Source: Bacteroidota bacterium (GTDB taxonomy: Bacteria; Bacteroidota; Bacteroidia; Bacteroidales; Paludibacteraceae). Taken from it: a DNA stretch of 64,000 bases. Location: contig JAKIYP010000002.1 in assembly GCA_022708505.1 (NCBI GenBank), positions 5,014 through 69,013 of the forward strand, in the 5' to 3' direction. This document shows, in pieces, positions 58,505-64,000 of the stretch. Both the position numbers and the translations under genes were made by a program. Every line of letters begins with the position of its first letter. Within the stretch, counting starts at the first letter, position 1. The notes beneath the pieces are model-generated. The model had not been told where the DNA came from, searched no databases, and saw only the letters and a list, made by a program, of their open reading frames with translations.

Positions 58505-60343
58505 TTACAATTCCAGTATAAGTACCGTTTTAGCAGGAATGCTGAGGTATTCTTTCAGACATATATCTTTGTTTGCTACGATATCTCTTGCTGAGATTTT
58601 ACCTGCTAACATTTCACTGTACCTTTCCAAACTCACGACACTTTCTTTTTCATTGTTATTGGCGACTACCATAACAGATTTATCATCAAGATACCGGAAA
58701 TACACAGAAACACCGTTTTCAGGTATAAAATGCTTCATTTTACCCTGATGCAACACCGGATTGTGTTTCCGATAATGCAACAAAGTCTTCAGGTAATTGA
58801 AAATATCATTTTCTTCAGCAGTACGCCCTTCAGCAGAGAAAGCATCCCGTTCATCCTCTTTCCATCCTCCGGGAAAATTGAAGCGATGACCTTCATAATT
58901 GCCGGAAATACCATCAAGCATGATCTCCGTGCCGTAATATATCTGTGGGTATCCCCTCGTGGTAAGCAGCATAGCCAGCGCCATCTTGTACTTCCGCACA
59001 TCCCTCTCAACAGCCAATGAATATCTATCGACATCATGATTATCCAAAAAATTCATCAGCAAATTGGGATTCGGATAAGCAAAATCCAGCGCGTAGTGCA
59101 TATATAATCGTGCCATGCCACTATTCCAACCTTCTTCTTCATTGAATGCTTGCCTGAACACCACCCCCAGCGGAAAGTCCATCACACTTTGCATTTGCGA
59201 GTCGAACCCATCCTTGTTGTTGTTACCCGACTGATAATAAGCAATTTCCTGAGCAGTATTCATCCAACACTCTCCCACGATGTTCATTTTCGGATATTCC
59301 TTTCTTATTTCCCGGATAAACCGGGCAGCAGTCCGGATATCATTATAAGGATAAGTATCAATACGCAAACCAGCCACATTTCCATATTCAATCCAGAAAA
59401 CATAGACCTGACGCAGATAATCGAACAATAATTTATTTTGCAGGTTGAAGTCCGGCATATTCGGGGCAAACCAACCATGTGTCAGCCGGTGCAAATCCGA
59501 TTCAGCTGCATGTGGATCAGTCCATGCCATCATGCGATAGTTCGAAGAAGTAAATGTATCCCACCTGTTGAACCAGTCCTTTGCCGGCAAATCCTTCAAC
59601 CACCAGTGCGCCGAACTGCAATGATTCGGCACAACATCCAAAATCATTTTTATGCCATGATTTTTAGCTTCTGTTGAAAGTCGCCGATAATCCTCATTCG
59701 TACCCAGTCGCGGATCAACCTTATAATAATCAGAACATCCATAATGATGATAAGAATACTGCACATCGTTGTTATCAAAGAAGGGTGTAGTCCAGATGGC
59801 CGTAATACCCAAATCAGCAAGATAAGGAATTTTTGAGATGATACCCTCCAGATCTCCTCCGTGCCGTTTACCCGGATCCTTTCTATTCACGCCCTGATGA
59901 TAACCCGGAACGGAATCATTATCCGGATTTCCGTTCACAAACCGGTCGGGCATAATCAGGTATACCGCATCAGCAGCGGTAAAGGTTTCCCGATAGGCAG
60001 AGTTAGGTTCGCGGTGCTTTAGTTCATACTTATAATATTGTATATCATCGCCTTGTTTAATTTTCAACTGCATTTCTCCGGGTTTCGTTCGTTTACCAAT
60101 CTGAAGGTATACAAACAGGTAATTCGGATTGTCAGTCAACTCCGTACGCAAAACCTTTACTCCCGGATATTTTACAGTAAGCTTTGCTGATGCAATTCCT
60201 TTACCATAAAGCATCAGTTGCAGTTCCTGCTGCTGCATGCCGGTCCACCAGAATAGCGGTTCTACCCGTTGCAACATATCATTCCCATAGATATGAACAG
60301 ACAGGAAGACAATGAAAAATAATGAAAGATATTTTTTTATCAT
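58505..60343 (-). CDS. GH13 neopullulanase/cyclomaltodextrinase (SusA-like)
   Basis: RVEPLFWW N domain, DVVPNH, LRIDTY, DNHD. Confidence 0.9.
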   Translation of the reverse strand: MIKKYLSLFFIVFLSVHIYGNDMLQRVEPLFWWTGMQQQELQLMLYGKGIASAKLTVKYPGVKVLRTELTDNPNYLFVYLQIGKRTKPGEMQLKIKQGDDIQYYKYELKHREPNSAYRETFTAADAVYLIMPDRFVNGNPDNDSVPGYHQGVNRKDPGKRHGGDLEGIISKIPYLADLGITAIWTTPFFDNNDVQYSYHHYGCSDYYKVDPRLGTNEDYRRLSTEAKNHGIKMILDVVPNHCSSAHWWLKDLPAKDWFNRWDTFTSSNYRMMAWTDPHAAESDLHRLTHGWFAPNMPDFNLQNKLLFDYLRQVYVFWIEYGNVAGLRIDTYPYNDIRTAARFIREIRKEYPKMNIVGECWMNTAQEIAYYQSGNNNKDGFDSQMQSVMDFPLGVVFRQAFNEEEGWNSGMARLYMHYALDFAYPNPNLLMNFLDNHDVDRYSLAVERDVRKYKMALAMLLTTRGYPQIYYGTEIMLDGISGNYEGHRFNFPGGWKEDERDAFSAEGRTAEENDIFNYLKTLLHYRKHNPVLHQGKMKHFIPENGVSVYFRYLDDKSVMVVANNNEKESVVSLERYSEMLAGKISARDIVANKDICLKEYLSIPAKTVLILEL

Positions 60344-60404
60344 AAATTTATTATTGGTTAATTTATTGACTACAAAAGAGCCAATCACTATTAACTATTA
60401 ACCT

Positions 60405-60487
60405 GCCCTTACAGGGCGCTCAGGGGGTGTGCGTTACCATTACCCAAGGCGTTGCCATTGGGCTGAATTAACCTGCCCCTTCGGGGC
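60405..60487. repeat. three-hairpin REP-like module (A-spacer-B-linker-A) overlapping the MFS stop
   Basis: GCCCTTACAGGGC, 25 nt, CCCAAGGCGTTGCCATTGGG, 12 nt, GCCCCTTCGGGGC; ATTAACCT precedes both A hairpins. Confidence 0.8.
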
Positions 60488-61841
60488 GGAATTCATTCTT
60501 CGCTTTCCGTTCTCCGCTTTCCGCTTTATCCTGCACAAACAGCACACTAAAAGCGGCAATCAGCAAGAACACACCCGACATAATCAATGCATAAATGGCA
60601 TGTGAGTCGAACACCCTTTTGACAATCGGCCCGCCGAATACCCCGTTGATGATTTGTGGAACGGTAATGAAGATATTGAAGATACCCATATATACCCCCA
60701 TTTTATGCGCAGGCAAAGCCGGTGCAAGAATAGCATACGGCATGGCAAGGATACTTCCCCAGGCAATGCCCACCCCAACCATAGAAAACACCAACATTCC
60801 CGGACTCGAAATAAAATATATCGAAATCAGACCTGCACTACCGGCAGCCAGCGAAAGACTGTGTGTCCATTTCCGGCCAATCTTATGGGCAATGGCCGGT
60901 AAAAACAAAGCATAAATCATGGCTACCCCATTATAAACGCCAAATATCACCCCTACCCAGTTGCCGGCGTTTTGGTAGGCAAGCGATTGTGTATCATTTA
61001 CCGCCACACCATAAATATGTTGGGCAATGGCAGGTGTCGAAAAAACCCACATGCCGAAAAGCGCTATCCAGGAAAAAAACTGCACGATGCTGAGTTGACG
61101 CATGGTTTTAGGCATCCTGATGATATCCCTGAAAATATCGGAGAATTTTGCTTTCGATTCTACATGCTCAATTTCCTCTTTATTATATTTTGCCAATTCT
61201 TCCGGAGAATACTCTTTCGTAGTGACCACCGTCCATATAATTGATATCAGCAGAACAACCGCACCTATATAAAAAGTAAAAATCACATTATCCGGAATAC
61301 CCCCATCAGCGGAAATCTTAGAAATTCCCAACCATTCAGCCAGGATATAAGGCAACCAGGACCCTACAACCGCACCTACCCCAATCAGGAAAGTCTGTAC
61401 TGAAAACCCCAGTGTAGTCTGATCAGCAGGCAGCATATCCCCTACCAACGCCCTGAAAGGCTCCATCGCTATATTGATAGACGCATCCATCATCATCAGA
61501 AAGCCCGCGCCAATAAACATGGGTGGCAGGTAATGCGCGAAAACACCCGCATTGGGCATCAATATCAGGGCAATGGAAGCAAGAATGGCACCTGCGAGAA
61601 AGAAAGGCCTTCTACGTCCGAGCTTCGTCCATGTTTTATCCGAATAGTGACCGATAATCGGCTGAATGATCAATCCCGTAAGCGGTGCCGCCAGCCAAAA
61701 CCAGGAAAGATGTTCCATGTCGGCGCCAAAGGTCTGCAAGATACGACTGGCATTGGAGTTCTGCAAGGCAAAACCGAACTGGATGCCGAGGAATCCCATC
61801 GACATGGAAAGAATTTGAAAAAATGACAATTTGGGTTTCAT
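60468..61841 (-). CDS. MFS maltose/maltodextrin transporter (SLC45/MalT-like)
   Basis: GIQFGFALQ, GRRRPF, MEPFRALVGD, GVYMGIFN. Confidence 0.9.
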   Translation of the reverse strand: MKPKLSFFQILSMSMGFLGIQFGFALQNSNASRILQTFGADMEHLSWFWLAAPLTGLIIQPIIGHYSDKTWTKLGRRRPFFLAGAILASIALILMPNAGVFAHYLPPMFIGAGFLMMMDASINIAMEPFRALVGDMLPADQTTLGFSVQTFLIGVGAVVGSWLPYILAEWLGISKISADGGIPDNVIFTFYIGAVVLLISIIWTVVTTKEYSPEELAKYNKEEIEHVESKAKFSDIFRDIIRMPKTMRQLSIVQFFSWIALFGMWVFSTPAIAQHIYGVAVNDTQSLAYQNAGNWVGVIFGVYNGVAMIYALFLPAIAHKIGRKWTHSLSLAAGSAGLISIYFISSPGMLVFSMVGVGIAWGSILAMPYAILAPALPAHKMGVYMGIFNIFITVPQIINGVFGGPIVKRVFDSHAIYALIMSGVFLLIAAFSVLFVQDKAESGERKAKNEFRPEGAG

Positions 61842-61872
61842 ATATTAATTTTATTGTCCGTGATGTGCAATC

Positions 61873-61954
61873 CGTCATTGCGAGGAGCGTAGCGACGTGG
61901 CAATCTCCCGTACAATTGCAATCTGTCATTGCGAGTCGGCTTTGTCGACGAAGC
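61873..61954 (+). repeat. two CGTC-type REP-like elements in tandem
   Basis: CGTCATTGCGAGGAGCGTAGCGACGTGGCAATCTCCC and TGTCATTGCGAGTCGGCTTTGTCGACGAAGC. Confidence 0.85.
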
Positions 61955-61985
61955 CCCCCCTCGAAATCGCATTTGGCTATTTATG

Positions 61986-63017
61986 TTATTCGTTATTCAC
62001 TATTCGTTGTTTCGTTGTTCCCCGCAACACCAAATTCGTTTTGATGATTTTATTGGTAAACTGTCCCTGTGTTTCTCCTTTAATTTTGGATATCAACAAC
62101 TTGGCTGCGTTCTTTCCCATTTCGAAACCATGTTGCTCCACCGTACTCAACATTGGGTCGGATGCCAGCGCAAACCTGCCATTTGAAAAACCAAATATTG
62201 AAACATCATCCGGCACTTTGAGTCCGGCTTGTTTCACCGCGTATAAAATCCCTACCGCACTCTCATCGTTGATGGCAAAAAACGCATCCGGTCTATCTTC
62301 CATTTGCAGAAACTCAGGAGTCACCACGATGGCATCTTCCCTGGTGTCGCAAATTCGAATCAAGCTTTCGTCAACAGGTATCTTATATTTCCTGAGAGCA
62401 TCTAAATAACCGTTCTTTCTGTTTTTAGAAATCTCAAGATGAGGCGGTGAACTGAAGAAAGCAATCCGGCGGCAACCCGTTTGAATCAGGTATTCAGTCA
62501 CTGAAAAAGCACCATTATAATCGTCCACCACCACCTTATCAGTCAGAATGCCAATACATATCCGGTCAAAAAACACGAGTGGAATATCACTGTCGACAAT
62601 TTCCTGAAAATGGTCGTAGTTAGTCGTATTTTTAGAGAGACTGGCCAATACCCCCGACACACGACTTGAAATAAGCGCTTCGGTATTTCGTACCTCCTTT
62701 TCATATTTCTCTCCCGACTGACAAACAATTACATTATAACCCTCCTCATCGGAAACCTCCTCGATACCTGATAAAACAGACGAAAAGAAGTGATGGATAA
62801 TTTCGGGAATGATAACCCCGATGGTTTTGTTTTTGTTTGTCCGCAAGCTCAGTGCCAGTCCGTTCGGCTTGTAATGATGTGCTTTCGCATATTCCTGCAC
62901 CCGTTCACGGGTAGCCAGACTGATGTCGGGATGATTCTGCAACGCACGGGAAACCGTTGAAGGAGAAATATTTAACTCCCGGGCGATATCTTTGATGGTG
63001 ATTGGTGGTTTTTTCAT
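61986..63017 (-). CDS. LacI family transcriptional regulator
   Basis: ITIKDIARELNISPSTVSRAL, YKPN, FFDR, KVPDDVS; start at MKKPP. Confidence 0.95.
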   Translation of the reverse strand: MKKPPITIKDIARELNISPSTVSRALQNHPDISLATRERVQEYAKAHHYKPNGLALSLRTNKNKTIGVIIPEIIHHFFSSVLSGIEEVSDEEGYNVIVCQSGEKYEKEVRNTEALISSRVSGVLASLSKNTTNYDHFQEIVDSDIPLVFFDRICIGILTDKVVVDDYNGAFSVTEYLIQTGCRRIAFFSSPPHLEISKNRKNGYLDALRKYKIPVDESLIRICDTREDAIVVTPEFLQMEDRPDAFFAINDESAVGILYAVKQAGLKVPDDVSIFGFSNGRFALASDPMLSTVEQHGFEMGKNAAKLLISKIKGETQGQFTNKIIKTNLVLRGTTKQRIVNNE

Positions 63018-63084
63018 AACACAAAGATATAGATTGATGAATATCAGCAAAGTGAAAGCCAAAGATATAAATTTATTTTAAAAT

Positions 63085-63096
63085 GCAAACGTTTGC
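63085..63096. promoter_or_regulatory. LacI-family operator GCAAACGTTTGC
   Basis: Perfect CG-centred palindrome between divergent lacI and susC genes. Confidence 0.8.
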
Positions 63097-63304
63097 GACC
63101 GTTTTTAACTCAAATCCCCCAAAGCGAGATTGCTTATTTACTCCAATCCTCTATTTTTGTCCGCATAATCATGAAAGAAATATAAACTTTTTAGGCAGAC
63201 GAATTGTTAAACAAACAAATTAGCATAGTTTACTGAGTTAGGATTTCTTTTTTGATGCTCGATATTTCACGAAGTTAAATTTATCAACTTTAAAAAACTA
63301 TTGC

Positions 63305-64000
63305 ATGAAGCACGTTAACTTTAAGCTAAAGATTCGCACTTTCGCGACACTGCTTTTGATGTTGGCCTTTAGCACGTTATTACAGGCACAGCAAATCTCT
63401 GTTACAGGAGTAGTAAAAGATTCCTCAACCGGTGAGCCTGTTATCGGTGCGAATATTGTTGAAAAAGGTACAACAAACGGAACCATCACCAATTTCGATG
63501 GTGAATTCTCCCTGAATGTACAATCCAACGGAACCTTACTGATTAAGTATGTAGGTTATAAAGATGTGGAAGTTGCCGTAGCCGGACAAAAGACCCACAT
63601 CATTAACATGACCGAAGATGCTGTCATGCTGGGTGAAGTGGTAGCGATTGGGTATGGTTCGCAAAAAAAGAAAGAAGTTACCGGTTCTGTAGCTTCGATT
63701 AAAGCAGAAGAATTTAATTCGGGAATAAAATCGAACCCGATCGGTTTGGTTCAGGGGAAAGTTGCAGGTGTTAACATCATTAAGACATCAAGCGACCCGA
63801 CATCGACAGGATACAATATCCAGATCCGTGGATTTTCCACCTTAGATAAAGGTGCGGGTACATCCCCATTGTACATCGTAGATGGTATTCCTGTTAATAA
63901 TATTGACAACATATCACCGGATGAAATTGCCTCCATGGACGTTTTGAAAGACGGTTCGGCTGCAGCAATATACGGAACAAGGGGTACCAATGGTGTAATC
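63305..64000 (+). CDS. susC: SusC/RagA TonB-linked outer membrane protein, truncated by the window edge
   Basis: Manual translation: MKHVNF...ISVTGVVKD..GEPVIGANIVEKGTTNGTITNFDG, VVAIGYG, PLYIVDG, VLKDGSAAAIYGTRGTNGV; absent from the ORF track because no stop is in the window. Confidence 0.93.
   Translation, partial: MKHVNFKLKIRTFATLLLMLAFSTLLQAQQISVTGVVKDSSTGEPVIGANIVEKGTTNGTITNFDGEFSLNVQSNGTLLIKYVGYKDVEVAVAGQKTHIINMTEDAVMLGEVVAIGYGSQKKKEVTGSVASIKAEEFNSGIKSNPIGLVQGKVAGVNIIKTSSDPTSTGYNIQIRGFSTLDKGAGTSPLYIVDGIPVNNIDNISPDEIASMDVLKDGSAAAIYGTRGTNGVI

Noticed and set aside
56114-64000. Starch/maltodextrin PUL as a novel system
   Set aside because: GH13s, MFS, LacI and SusC form a well-known arrangement.

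Overview
64-kb chromosomal segment of an anaerobic Bacteroidales bacterium (Paludibacter-like gene set, TAnnTTTG promoters, SusC/T9SS-type proteins). Housekeeping genes (rfbACD, pth, rplY, uvrA, rpmE2, truA, purU, radA, tpiA, uvrD/pcrA, lptG-like, buk, nnr) are interleaved with four notable blocks. (1) A stand-alone Y1/HUH transposase (no TnpB) is flanked by one inverted copy and five tandem copies of an 80-bp two-hairpin unit. Two unrelated-sequence elements with the same hairpin architecture occur elsewhere in the window. (2) A Crp/Fnr-linked DsrE-TusA-MvhD-HdrL-HdrA-QmoC-like redox operon lacks hdrB/apr/dsr and lies next to a YeiH-type exporter. (3) An mscS-ablA-ablB osmolyte operon. (4) The start of a LacI-controlled starch/maltodextrin PUL. 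Intergenic space holds at least five families of short repeats: phase-locked degenerate heptamer arrays, GTAG- and CGTC-type REP-like palindromes, a double palindrome and a 45-bp inverted repeat. These sit at or inside stop codons and are often nested at the same sites. No rRNA, tRNA or CRISPR array was seen. All calls come from reading the sequence; no database searches were run.
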